Positions 19,082 to 27,935 of a stretch of 64,000 bases of DNA are shown piece by piece. The position numbers were made by a program, and so were the translations under genes. Below the pieces are notes generated by a model. The model saw only the letters and a list, made by a program, of their open reading frames with translations. It was not told the origin of the DNA and did not search any database. The stretch is taken from positions 24,371-88,370 of the forward strand of contig CACWJZ010000006.1 of assembly GCA_902761365.1 (NCBI GenBank), read 5' to 3'. The DNA is from an uncultured Eubacteriales bacterium. GTDB lineage: Bacteria > Bacillota > Clostridia > Christensenellales > CAG-138. The first letter of the stretch is position 1; each line of letters starts with the position of its first letter.

Positions 19082-19281
19082 AGTACTGCAAGAAATGCGG
19101 CATCCTATACGCCACCGACGTATGCCCCAAATGCGGCATAGAGGAGCCGAAGGACCAGCCGGAACCGGAACCCGCCGACAAAAAGACGCTGACGCGTCAA
19201 TGGATCGGTTTGCTCGTGGGCATACCGCTGTTCATCATGGCCATCTATGTGGTCATCTATATGCTCTACGCCCGCGGTTGA
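19078..19281 (+). CDS. Tail-anchored zinc-ribbon protein (67 aa)
   Basis: ATG overlaps the nfeD stop (ATGA). The product is MKYCKKCGILYATDVCPKCG, then a Pro/Glu linker, then a C-terminal TM segment (WIGLLVGIPLFIMAIYVVIYMLY). Confidence 0.6.
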   Translation: MKYCKKCGILYATDVCPKCGIEEPKDQPEPEPADKKTLTRQWIGLLVGIPLFIMAIYVVIYMLYARG

Positions 19282-19314
19282 TACAAGTATACTAAACAGG
19301 AGGAAAACAACTAC

Positions 19315-20289
19315 ATGCTTCCCGCAATTGTCATCGTCGTACTCGTCATCATCTTTCTTTCTCTGTTGTTCAGCTTCGTACCCATCGGCCTGCTCATCTC
19401 GGCCAGCGCCTCCGGCGTCAAGCTGAGCGTCAGCACCCTGGTGGGCATGCGGCTCAGGAAGGTCATCCCTGCCCGCATCGTCAACCCCCTGATCAAGGCC
19501 ACCAAGGCCGGCATCCAGCTGCCCCTGGACAAGCTGGAAGCCCACTACATGGCGGGCGGCAACGTGGATCGGGTGGTCAACGCCCTGATCGCCGCCATGC
19601 GCGCCGGCATCCCTCTGGACTTCGGCCAGGCCTGCGTCATCGACCTTGCCGGTCGTAACGTGCTGGAAGCGGTCCAGATGAGCGTCAATCCCCGGGTCAT
19701 CGAGACCCCCGTCATCGCCGCCGTGGCCATGGACGGCATCGAGCTGAAGGCCAAGGCCAAGGTCACCGTCCGCGCCAACATCGAGCGGCTGGTGGGCGGC
19801 GCCGGTGAGGAGACCATCATTGCCCGTGTCGGCGAAGGCATCGTCACCACCGTCGGTTCCTCCAAGAGCCATAAGGAGGTTCTGGAGAATCCTGACTCCA
19901 TCTCCCGCACCGTTCTCGACAAGGGCCTCGACGCAGGCACCGCCTTTGAGATCCTGTCCATCGACATCGCGGATGTGGACGTGGGCCGGAACGTGGGCGC
20001 CCAGCTCCAGATCGACCAGGCGGAGGCCGACAAGCGCATCGCCCAGGCCAAGGCTGAGGAGCGCCGCGCTATGGCTGTAGCCCAGGAGCAGGAGAACGTG
20101 GCTGCCGTGGCCGGCATGCGCGCCAAGGTCATCGAGGCAGAGGCGGAGGTCCCCATCGCCATTGCTCATGCCTTCAAGGAGGGCAAGCTGGGCGTGCTGG
20201 ATTATTACAACATGAAGAACATCATGTCCGACACGGATATGCGCAACGCTATCTCCCATGCCGCTGACCCCAACCCGGCCAAGAAATAA
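19315..20289 (+). CDS. floA: Flotillin-like protein FloA (YqfA/UPF0365)
   Basis: N-terminal hairpin [30 protein letters not shown], followed by [18 protein letters not shown] and an EA-rich coiled-coil region ([26 protein letters not shown]). Confidence 0.9.
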   Translation: MLPAIVIVVLVIIFLSLLFSFVPIGLLISASASGVKLSVSTLVGMRLRKVIPARIVNPLIKATKAGIQLPLDKLEAHYMAGGNVDRVVNALIAAMRAGIPLDFGQACVIDLAGRNVLEAVQMSVNPRVIETPVIAAVAMDGIELKAKAKVTVRANIERLVGGAGEETIIARVGEGIVTTVGSSKSHKEVLENPDSISRTVLDKGLDAGTAFEILSIDIADVDVGRNVGAQLQIDQAEADKRIAQAKAEERRAMAVAQEQENVAAVAGMRAKVIEAEAEVPIAIAHAFKEGKLGVLDYYNMKNIMSDTDMRNAISHAADPNPAKK

Positions 20290-20310
20290 ATCGGAGAGTG
20301 AGGACTTACC

Positions 20311-20856
20311 GTGAATCCTGTATTTGTATTTTTGGTCGCAGTGATCTGGATATTGTCCTCCATCGCGAGCAAAAAGAAAAAAGAGGAAATGAAGAAGAAG
20401 GCCAATCAACAGCCACCTCCCGGTTCCTCTCAAAATAATCCCGGTTCGCCCAAAACGGCAACGGTAAGCCGGCCCACTAAGCCGTCTCCCACGACTGCGC
20501 CGCAAAAGAGCGGCAGCGCGGGCCGTGGCATGGACTCCAAATGGCCCTGGCCCACGGCGGCGGAAAAAGCTCAGAACAAGGCCAAACCCGCATCGAGCGG
20601 CACCTATGGCGGGACCCCGCGCTATACCCACGTGGTCACTAGCACGCTGGAGGGCGGACACACCCACACGGAATCCAGCATGACGGGAGAGGAAGCCTGC
20701 CCGCCGCCCAAGGCCGCCGCCGTCAAGCCGCCGGAGACGGGGAAGAGCCCCGCCCCCGAAACGGGCGCGCTGTTGAACTTTCAACCGAGCAACGTGCTGC
20801 AGGGCGTTTTGTACGCGGAGATCCTGGGCAAGCCGAAGTCTCTTCAAAGGCACTAA
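20311..20856 (+). CDS. Hypothetical membrane-anchored protein, low-complexity and Pro/Ser/Lys-rich
   Basis: GTG start after GGAGAGTGAGGA. One N-terminal TM segment (VFVFLVAVIWILSSIA), then a disordered-looking region. The gene abuts the next ORF (TAA then ATG). Confidence 0.5.
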   Translation: MNPVFVFLVAVIWILSSIASKKKKEEMKKKANQQPPPGSSQNNPGSPKTATVSRPTKPSPTTAPQKSGSAGRGMDSKWPWPTAAEKAQNKAKPASSGTYGGTPRYTHVVTSTLEGGHTHTESSMTGEEACPPPKAAAVKPPETGKSPAPETGALLNFQPSNVLQGVLYAEILGKPKSLQRH

Positions 20857-22257
20857 ATGCAACGTAACGATGTAGTCAAGGGTGTATTCATTGCCGTTCC
20901 AATGGCCGTGCTGTGCATACTCTACGGCCTTTGGCTTGTGATGGATACACCCGCTTACGTGGAATCCATGATCGTGGGTGGGGTGATCCTGCTGCTGTAC
21001 GCACTGGCATACATCCGGTCCATTCCTCGGGTGTTCGACTTTGCCTTGGGCGTGGACCAGGATCAGCAGCTCTCCACCGTGAAGCGGACCAGCATCATTG
21101 GCGCGCGGGAGCTCCTGCGGCTGGTGTTCCTGCTGGCCCTGGGACGAGGCATCTTCATGCTGGGTGGGTTCCTTTGGAGCCTGTACCTAAACGGCTATAC
21201 AGAGACCGTCTTTGAGATCCAGCATATCTGGGCGGACCACCTATTCGCCGGACGTATCATCTCCATCGCCAACAAAGGGTATGCGGTGGAGACGGTTGAA
21301 GCGGCTGGCCGGTATTTTAATCTCCTGTACCCACCGCTCTATTCCCTGATCGTCCGACTGATTAGCCCTGTGTATCTAAGCAGCCTTCGCGCGGGATTCT
21401 TCGTTTCCAACCTCAACGCTATCCTGAGCGGCGTCGTACTGTATCTCCTCGTCCTGCACGATTCGGACCGTCGCTCCGCCGTCCGTGCCCTGTGGTACTA
21501 TTCCATCCTGCCGCCCAGCTTTTTGCTCACCTGCACCATCCCTGCCAGCACCTTTTTGCTGTTGTCGTTGATGAGCATATACTTCGCGCGGCGCAAGCGC
21601 TTCGTGCTCAGCTCCCTGCTGGGCGCTATGGCCGCCCTGACGGAGCGGGTGGGCATCGTTCTGGTGATCCCGCTGCTGCTGGAATTCTTCAATTCCATGA
21701 CCAAGGAGTATCGCTTCCTCAAGGAGGTCACATGGCGGTTCTACCTGAAAAAAGGGATGATCGGCGCCACGCTCCTGCTGGTCCCCCTGGGTTTCGTCAC
21801 GTATCTCGCTATCAACCGTGCGGTGGGCGGCAGCTTCTTCGCCTATGTGGAATGCTTGGAGGAGCTATATTCGAGCCAGTTTGCCCTGTTCTATCGGGTG
21901 TGCGGCGTCCAGACAGAACGGCTAATCGACGCATACCGCACCTTTGATCGTGCTCATGCTTTGGGACTGTATTTGCCAAGTCTTCTGGTGGCGGTAGGAA
22001 GCCTCGCTCTGATCCTTGTCAAGGGAAAGGAGCTCAGAGCCAGTTATCTGGCGTTTTTCATGGTGTACTATGCGGTGATCCTCAGCCAGACGGGCGTCAT
22101 GGATGGGCCGCGGCAGCTCTTCTGCTGCTTCCCGATCATCATCGCCCTGATGCGCTTCACAAAGAATCGACTGCTTAACCTGTTGATGTCCCTGCTGTGT
22201 ATCGCAGGATCCGTGTTCTATTTAGGTATGTATGTGGCCGGATGGCCGGTGGTGTAA
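20857..22257 (+). CDS. Polytopic integral membrane protein (more than 10 predicted TM segments); possibly a GT-C-fold glycosyltransferase
   Basis: 466 aa and very hydrophobic throughout. The start codon directly follows the stop of the preceding gene. The glycosyltransferase suggestion rests on overall topology only. Confidence 0.4.
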   Translation: MQRNDVVKGVFIAVPMAVLCILYGLWLVMDTPAYVESMIVGGVILLLYALAYIRSIPRVFDFALGVDQDQQLSTVKRTSIIGARELLRLVFLLALGRGIFMLGGFLWSLYLNGYTETVFEIQHIWADHLFAGRIISIANKGYAVETVEAAGRYFNLLYPPLYSLIVRLISPVYLSSLRAGFFVSNLNAILSGVVLYLLVLHDSDRRSAVRALWYYSILPPSFLLTCTIPASTFLLLSLMSIYFARRKRFVLSSLLGAMAALTERVGIVLVIPLLLEFFNSMTKEYRFLKEVTWRFYLKKGMIGATLLLVPLGFVTYLAINRAVGGSFFAYVECLEELYSSQFALFYRVCGVQTERLIDAYRTFDRAHALGLYLPSLLVAVGSLALILVKGKELRASYLAFFMVYYAVILSQTGVMDGPRQLFCCFPIIIALMRFTKNRLLNLLMSLLCIAGSVFYLGMYVAGWPVV

Positions 22258-22260
22258 CGT

Positions 22261-22788
22261 ATGCTGGAACTGTATGTGACTTTCATGAAAATCGGCGCCG
22301 TCATGTTCGGGGGCGGCTATTCCATGCTCCCCCTGCTCATACGGGAGCTGGTGGACAACAAAAAATGGTGCACGGAGGAGGAGGTTTTGGACTACTTCTC
22401 CCTGGCTCAGTGCACCCCCGGCGTGATCGCCATCAACTCCGCTACCTTCGTAGGGTATAAGCGGGGCAAGGTCTTGGGCGGGATCGTGGCCTCCTTAGGG
22501 GTGGTGACGGTGCCGCTGCTGGTGATCATCATCATTGCGGCCGTGCTCCAGAACCTCATGGGCTATCCCCTGGTACAGCACATCTTTGCCGGGGTCCGGG
22601 TGGCGGTGGCGGCGCTCATGACCGTGACCATCGTCCGCCTCATTAAAAAGGCAGCCAAGGACTGGATCAGCTGGGCCATCGTGATCGTAGCTTTCCTGTT
22701 GCTGACGGTGGTGGGACTGGATTCCGTTTGGCTGGTGCTGATCGCCGCCGCGTTCGGCATCCTGGCGGGGAGGTGGAAGAGGGCATGA
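22261..22788 (+). CDS. chrA: Chromate transporter family protein (N-half type)
   Basis: FMKIGAVMFGGGYSMLPLL..EEEVLDYFSLAQCTPGVIAINSATFVGY. Confidence 0.85.
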   Translation: MLELYVTFMKIGAVMFGGGYSMLPLLIRELVDNKKWCTEEEVLDYFSLAQCTPGVIAINSATFVGYKRGKVLGGIVASLGVVTVPLLVIIIIAAVLQNLMGYPLVQHIFAGVRVAVAALMTVTIVRLIKKAAKDWISWAIVIVAFLLLTVVGLDSVWLVLIAAAFGILAGRWKRA

Positions 22789-23363
22789 TCAAGACCATCC
22801 TGTTGCTCATCTTTGAGTTTATGAAGACCGGCCTCATGGCCGTGGGCGGCGGTATGGCCTGCATCCGCTTCCTCCAGGACATGATCGCCCGATACGGCTG
22901 GCTGACGGGGGAGGAGTTGGCGAACATCATCGCTGTGGCGGAATCCACCCCTGGTCCCATCGGTGTAAACGCAGCCACCTACGTGGGCTATAGCGTGCTG
23001 TCCCAATACGGCACGATCTGGGCCCTGCTGGGCGGCGTGATTGCCACCCTGTCCCTGATCTCCCCGCAGATCGCGGTGATCGTGCTGGTGGCCAGGGGCC
23101 TCGAAAAGTATCGCAGCTCCAAGCTGGTCAACGACGCCTTCGGCGCGCTTCGCCCCGCAGCGGCGGGCCTGGTGGCGGCGGCCGGCTGGTCCGTGATCCG
23201 TTCCTCCCTCAGTCTCAGCTTTGCGCCTCTCCACGTGGACCCGGTGTCGCTGGTTCTGTACGGCGTCCTGGTCGCGCTGATGCTGCTGCCGAAGCTGAAG
23301 AAGGTGCATCCGGTCCTGTTCCTGGCCGCGGGCGGCCTCATCGGCGCCCTGCTGAGCCTTTGA
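22785..23363 (+). CDS. chrA: Chromate transporter family protein (C-half type)
   Basis: ATGA overlap with the preceding gene. FMKTGLMAVGGGMACIRFL..ELANIIAVAESTPGPIGVNAATYVGY. Confidence 0.85.
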   Translation: MIKTILLLIFEFMKTGLMAVGGGMACIRFLQDMIARYGWLTGEELANIIAVAESTPGPIGVNAATYVGYSVLSQYGTIWALLGGVIATLSLISPQIAVIVLVARGLEKYRSSKLVNDAFGALRPAAAGLVAAAGWSVIRSSLSLSFAPLHVDPVSLVLYGVLVALMLLPKLKKVHPVLFLAAGGLIGALLSL

Positions 23364-23366
23364 TCA

Positions 23367-23396
23367 TTGACAAACCGGGGAGATAGATTGTACAAT
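23367..23396 (+). promoter_or_regulatory. Sigma-A-type promoter of tRNA-Leu
   Basis: TTGACA (23367-23372), an 18-nt spacer, then TACAAT (23391-23396). It lies 12 nt upstream of the tRNA 5' end. Confidence 0.6.
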
Positions 23397-23408
23397 ACTC
23401 CCCGTAGC

Positions 23409-23491
23409 GCGGCTGTGGTGGAACGGCATACACAACAGACTTAAAATCTGTCGGCGAAAGCTTATGGGTTCAAATCCCATCAGCCGCACCA
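23409..23491 (+). tRNA. tRNA-Leu (anticodon TAA), class II
   Basis: Acceptor GCGGCTG/CAGCCGC, anticodon arm ACAGA-CTTAAAA-TCTGT, long variable arm, T arm ATGGG-TTCAAAT-CCCAT. CCA is encoded. Confidence 0.9.
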
Positions 23492-23753
23492 AAGCACAAG
23501 GCCACCCATAGCGGTGGCCTTTTACTTTGGAATAGGAATGGAAGGGATTTGAAACCGCGTTAAGAAAAAGCCCCAGTGGGGCTTTTTTAGCGGCAAGGGC
23601 CGCAAATCCCATCAGCCGCACCAAAGCACAAGACCACCCATAGCGGTGGCCTTTTACTGTGGAATAGGAATGGAAGGGATTTGAAGCCGCGTTAAGAAAA
23701 AGCCCCAGTGGGGCTTTTTTAGCGGCAAGGGCCGCAAATCCCATCAGCCGCAC
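23471..23753 (+). repeat. 132-bp tandem repeat (2.1 copies) containing two tRNA-3'-end-bracketed modules (type 1 core), Leu locus
   Basis: CAAATCCCATCAGCCGCAC starts at 23471 (inside the tRNA), 23603 and 23735. Copies 1 and 2 differ at 3 of 132 positions. Each copy holds a terminator hairpin, the antisense arm GGAAGGGATTTGAA, the core AAAAAGCCCCagtGGGGCTTTTTT and the sense arm GGGCCGCAAATCCCATCAGCCGCACCA. Confidence 0.9.
23501..23524 (+). terminator. Intrinsic terminator of tRNA-Leu (repeated again at 23633-23656)
   Basis: GGCCACCcatagcGGTGGCC followed by TTTT. Confidence 0.8.
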
Positions 23754-23839
23754 TTTCTTTCCATAGTTGAGCATAAAACCCCCATCAATCGCACAAAAAA
23801 GGCCACCCGCCCCGGATGGCCTTATATCGATGTAGTCGC

Positions 23840-25498
23840 TCAGTTAAAATTCACCCTGATCTCGTTATACTTCTTGCTGTCCCAGAAATCCAGCGCCCAG
23901 GGGGAGCTGTGGTAGGTGTCGTTGGGGTAAGCGTTCACGGAGATATTCTTGACCCTCGTGTAATTGAAGGACTTGGCCACGGCAATGGCCAGATCCTGCA
24001 CCTTGATCATCTGGTCCAGCAGGGAATTGGTCACGCTGTTCAGGGAATTGCCCTTATGATTGGCCGCTTTCTTCGCCTCACTGCTTGCACTGCTGTACTT
24101 CTTCTTCAGTGTGCTGAGGGCAGATTTGAACTCTGCAAACTGGGCTCGCTGCGCATCGGAATATCTATGAGCACCTGATTCACCGGTGGTTTCATCGATC
24201 TGTGCCGCTTGTTGGTCATCCGCATCAATTAACTTTTGCACATGGTTTTTAAGGGGGTCACAAATATCCATGTACTTGTTCTCCAACATTTTGCACCAGG
24301 TATACCGTCCATAAGCCAGGGAGTACTTGGGATGGGTCTTGACCTCCACACCGTATATCTTTTGAATCAGATCTACCCGGTCTGATTGATCGGTAAACAC
24401 AAAGTTCCAGTGGAACAATGTGGCGCCGCTGCCGCCCATGGAATAGGCGCCGATGTCCTCCGGGTCCAGCTTATACCCGAAGAGCGCCAGGGCGGCGGTC
24501 TGTTCCAGCGTGCAGTTGGTGTACAGCATGCCGTCAAAGTCTGACAGGATCTCCGGCACCTTCAACACCAGGTTCATTTCCTTCATCTTTTTGAAGATGG
24601 TGACCATCATGTTCTTCTGCCGCTTGACCCGGTTGCTGTCACCGGTGGCCAGCTTCCCGTGCCCTGGCTTGCGCACTCGCATATAGTCCAGGCAGGCTTG
24701 TCCGTCCATGTGTTGGAATCCGGCCTTGTAATAGCGACCGCCGTTGTCAAAGTCTCCCTCCAGGTTATACCAAACGCCGTCAACGATATCCACGAGCTGT
24801 TTGACGGATTCCATGGTCACGGCATAATAGTAATTCACGGGGATGCCGCCCAGCATCCACTCGGCTGCTTCGCACACCTTCAAAAAACCTTCGCCGTTTT
24901 CACAAAATAGGCCATAATTAGTGCCATCCGTCCCGCAGTTAAGGGCGGCGTTCAGCTTGTACACGCCTTTGACACCGGGAATGCTGGCATAGGTATCCCG
25001 GGGTAGGGAGATCAGATCCACTCGGTTTTCGTTAAAGTTGACGGCACAGACGATCATCACGTCAGAGTGGAAGGAGTTCCCGTCCTTACCGGCCCATTTT
25101 TTGTCGATACGGGCGGCTTCATAGTCCACACCGATGAACAAAATATTGACGATGCCGTCCATTATACTGGTGTCGGCCACCATGGCCAGCTCCTCATAGG
25201 GATCAGGCGTGGCCGTAACACCGGGAGTGGGGGTGGCCGGCTCGGGCGTCATGGGCTCAACTGTCGGTTCGACGGTGGCGTCAGACGTGGGTACGGCGAT
25301 GGGCAAGGCAGTGACTTGGACGGACGCAGGGGTGGCCTGCACCGTTTGAATATCGTTAATAAACAGATCCTGTCCTGAGAACAGCACACCGGATATCTTT
25401 CCACCCAGGAGCACGCCAAGGGCGATGGCCAGGATGGCTATGGCAGCGAGCAGGGCATAGGTTCGGATGCGTTTATTCTTTTTGGAATCTCTGCGCAT
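23840..25498 (-). CDS. LCP family (LytR-CpsA-Psr) cell-wall glycopolymer transferase with a long C-terminal extension
   Basis: N-terminal TM anchor and Pro/Thr linker. The LCP core is present (NILFIGVD..HSDVMIVCAVN..RVDLISLPRDTYASIPG). An extra C-terminal region of roughly 200 aa has unknown function. Confidence 0.85.
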   Translation of the reverse strand: MRRDSKKNKRIRTYALLAAIAILAIALGVLLGGKISGVLFSGQDLFINDIQTVQATPASVQVTALPIAVPTSDATVEPTVEPMTPEPATPTPGVTATPDPYEELAMVADTSIMDGIVNILFIGVDYEAARIDKKWAGKDGNSFHSDVMIVCAVNFNENRVDLISLPRDTYASIPGVKGVYKLNAALNCGTDGTNYGLFCENGEGFLKVCEAAEWMLGGIPVNYYYAVTMESVKQLVDIVDGVWYNLEGDFDNGGRYYKAGFQHMDGQACLDYMRVRKPGHGKLATGDSNRVKRQKNMMVTIFKKMKEMNLVLKVPEILSDFDGMLYTNCTLEQTAALALFGYKLDPEDIGAYSMGGSGATLFHWNFVFTDQSDRVDLIQKIYGVEVKTHPKYSLAYGRYTWCKMLENKYMDICDPLKNHVQKLIDADDQQAAQIDETTGESGAHRYSDAQRAQFAEFKSALSTLKKKYSSASSEAKKAANHKGNSLNSVTNSLLDQMIKVQDLAIAVAKSFNYTRVKNISVNAYPNDTYHSSPWALDFWDSKKYNEIRVNFN

Positions 25499-25635
25499 AG
25501 CAAGTTCTCCTTTAATAATATCATTATCATATACTGCTGAAGGCGTTCTTTCTACCTAAACCCTTTGGATATTACAAACAGTTTACAAATCTGTGACATG
25601 TTCCCTGTTTTTCCTCTTCCTTTTTTTGAGTGCTG

Positions 25636-25644
25636 TGGTATAAT
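25636..25644 (+). promoter_or_regulatory. Extended -10 promoter element upstream of the GT2/GtrA gene
   Basis: TGgTATAAT at 25636-25644, about 30 nt upstream of the AGGAG RBS. No clear -35 element. Confidence 0.45.
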
Positions 25645-25676
25645 GGAAAAAGTTTTTTAGGAGAAAAACCCGCTAT

Positions 25677-26714
25677 ATGATGATCGTTATCCCTGCCTAC
25701 CAGCCGGACGAGAAGCTGACTGATGTGGTAGATACCCTGATTGCAAAGACAAAATTTCCCATCGTCGTCGTGGACGACGGCAGCCGCGAGGACTGTCAGC
25801 CGTTGTTTTCCGCACTCGCGGAACGGGAGCAGGTCACAGTCCTTCACCATGAAGTGAACCGCGGCAAAGGCGCTGCCATGAAGACGGCTTTTCAGTATAT
25901 CTATGACCACTGCCCCGAGGCGGAGGGTGTGATCACCGTGGACGCGGACGGACAGCACCTGCCCGACGACGTGCTGCGGGTGGCGGAGACCTTCCATGCC
26001 CATCGGGACGCCCTGGTCACCGGTTCCCGCCGCTTCACGGGGAAAGTGCCCTTCAAGAGCCGGGCCGGCAACGCCATCACACGGTTCGTGTTCGCCATCT
26101 CCACCGGCGTGAAGGTGTACGATACCCAGACCGGCCTTCGAGCTTTTTCCCGGGAAAACATTCCCCGCATGCTGTCTTTGAAGGGTGATCGGTACGAGTA
26201 TGAGATCAGCCAGCTCCTCTATTGCTGCCGGGAGATGATCCCCGTGGTAGAGGTACCCATTGAGACCGTGTACATCGAGGACAACGCTTCCTCTCATTTT
26301 CGGGCGCTGAGAGACGGTTGGCGTATCTATAAGATGATCCTCATGTTCGTCAGCTCCTCTTTGCTGAGCTTCCTGCTGGAGTACATCCTGTTCCTGCTGC
26401 TGACCTGGCTCACCAGGAATTGGGCGCTGACCTCATCCATGTTCTTCTCGACCGCCATCTCCCGGGTGCTGAGCTCCATCTTCAACTACCTGTACAACAA
26501 GCAGCTGGTGTTTGAGACGGCCAACAAGACCAGCTTCCTGCGGTATACGGTGCTGGCCCTGTTCATCTTCGGCTGCCATTATGGGCTGCTGTACCTGTTC
26601 ACGGTGCTCTGCGGCATCCCGGAGTGGATCGCCTATGTGATCGTGCAGTTGATCGTATACCCCATGAGCTTCGTGCTCCAGCGCAAATTCGTGTTTGTGA
26701 AGGATAAGGAATAA
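25677..26714 (+). CDS. Family 2 glycosyltransferase fused to a C-terminal GtrA-like membrane domain
   Basis: IVIPAYQPDE..VVVDDGS..VDADGQH (the GT-A DxD). The C-terminal four TM segments are GtrA-like (NYLYNKQLVFE..QRKFVF). Confidence 0.85.
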   Translation: MMIVIPAYQPDEKLTDVVDTLIAKTKFPIVVVDDGSREDCQPLFSALAEREQVTVLHHEVNRGKGAAMKTAFQYIYDHCPEAEGVITVDADGQHLPDDVLRVAETFHAHRDALVTGSRRFTGKVPFKSRAGNAITRFVFAISTGVKVYDTQTGLRAFSRENIPRMLSLKGDRYEYEISQLLYCCREMIPVVEVPIETVYIEDNASSHFRALRDGWRIYKMILMFVSSSLLSFLLEYILFLLLTWLTRNWALTSSMFFSTAISRVLSSIFNYLYNKQLVFETANKTSFLRYTVLALFIFGCHYGLLYLFTVLCGIPEWIAYVIVQLIVYPMSFVLQRKFVFVKDKE

Positions 26715-26718
26715 TAGC

Positions 26719-27933
26719 ATGAGAAAGACCAGTAAAAAACGGATCCTGCGCTGGGTGATCCTGGACATCCTCGGATTCTGCGTGATGGCCTATCTCATCT
26801 GCGCCCAGGTCTTTCGCTTTTTCCCCTGGAAACCGGTGGATATTTCGGAAACCATGACCGTATTGGCCACGCCGACGCCACTTGTGGCGACGCCCTCGCC
26901 GGTGCCCACCGCTACGCCTGCGCCTACCGATACACCTGCGCCGACGCCTGAAGCGACGAACACCTTAACCAGCACGGGACCCGCAACTCAAACGAATGTC
27001 CCGGAAGATACGCCCAAGCCGACCCAGACGCCCGAGCCCACCCCGGAGCCTACTCCGGAGCCCACAGCGGAGCCTAAAGGTTTGCTGAAGGGCAAATATG
27101 CGGAGAAGTTCACTACCGGGCAGATCATATCCACTGAAACGGAATATCGCAGCGAAAACGTTGCCATAGAGCTCAGCAAAAGAGCCGGTTACATTTGTAA
27201 GAAGTGTTATCATACGTCGGAGAACTATGGCCCCTGTCTTTTCTGTGGGAATGAGCTGTATAACAAGGCGGGCAAGAACGGCGACAAAGTGACCTATACG
27301 GTTGCGGATATCTACATCCAGGACGCCTCCAGCTTCCGGACGGCCTATGGCCCCCAGAAGAAGGTCAAGGACACTTGCTTAGAGAATAACGGATTGTTGG
27401 CCATAAACGGGGACATGTACATCACATCATTTGAGAACAAGCATGGATGGTTCGTCCGTAACGGAGTGCAGCTCAACAGATTCTCCAAATTGTCCAGCGA
27501 TCTGTGCATCCTCTACATCGACGGCACCATGGAAACCATAGATATAAAGACCCAGACCGTGGATCCGGACAGCATCTATGCAAAATTCCCGCAGCAGATC
27601 TGGTACTTTGGACCGGCCCTTCTGGGCCCGGACGGCTCAGCCAAGGAAACCTTCACGATCGGCAGGAATGTGGCCAACAACAATCCGCGATCAGTGATAG
27701 GCTATTATGAACCCGGCCATTATTGCTTTATCACGGTGGATGGCCGAGATAAAGACAGAGGCATATCCATGGCGGAGCTGTCTATGCTCTGCGCTGATAT
27801 GGGCCTGGCCGCTGCGTATAACCTGGATGGAGGCGGCTCCTCCTGCATGTATTTTGCCGGAATGAATTACGGTCAGAACACGCGCGGGACGACCGACATC
27901 GCCTATATAGCTGAACCTGCAAAGGAGAATTGA
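26719..27933 (+). CDS. Phosphodiester glycosidase family protein (DUF2233 / NAGPA-like), paralog 2, with a CxxC-x9-CxxC insertion
   Basis: Signal anchor and PT-rich linker (PEPTPEPTPEPT). The C-terminal motif is YYEPGHYCFITVDG..AYNLDGGGSSCMYF. The insertion YICKKCYHTSENYGPCLFCG (nt 27196-27246) is absent from paralog 1. Confidence 0.75.
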   Translation: MRKTSKKRILRWVILDILGFCVMAYLICAQVFRFFPWKPVDISETMTVLATPTPLVATPSPVPTATPAPTDTPAPTPEATNTLTSTGPATQTNVPEDTPKPTQTPEPTPEPTPEPTAEPKGLLKGKYAEKFTTGQIISTETEYRSENVAIELSKRAGYICKKCYHTSENYGPCLFCGNELYNKAGKNGDKVTYTVADIYIQDASSFRTAYGPQKKVKDTCLENNGLLAINGDMYITSFENKHGWFVRNGVQLNRFSKLSSDLCILYIDGTMETIDIKTQTVDPDSIYAKFPQQIWYFGPALLGPDGSAKETFTIGRNVANNNPRSVIGYYEPGHYCFITVDGRDKDRGISMAELSMLCADMGLAAAYNLDGGGSSCMYFAGMNYGQNTRGTTDIAYIAEPAKEN

Positions 27934-27935
27934 GT

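Noticed and set aside
19105-20862. 585-aa ORF on the minus strand
   Set aside because: It is antisense to floA and its neighbours. The sequence is low-complexity and Gly/Arg/Asp/His-rich, with no recognisable domain. It is a shadow ORF.
23471-23753. Possible CRISPR array, because of regularly spaced repeats with hairpins
   Set aside because: There are only 2.1 copies of a 132-bp unit. The whole period is repeated, so there are no unique spacers. No cas genes are present in the window.
23364-23774. 136-aa ORF with a striking internally repeated peptide (LVRLMGFAALAAKKAPLGLFLNA..)
   Set aside because: The peptide repeat is simply the translation of the 132-bp non-coding tandem repeat on the opposite strand. 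The ORF also runs antisense through tRNA-Leu and has no RBS.
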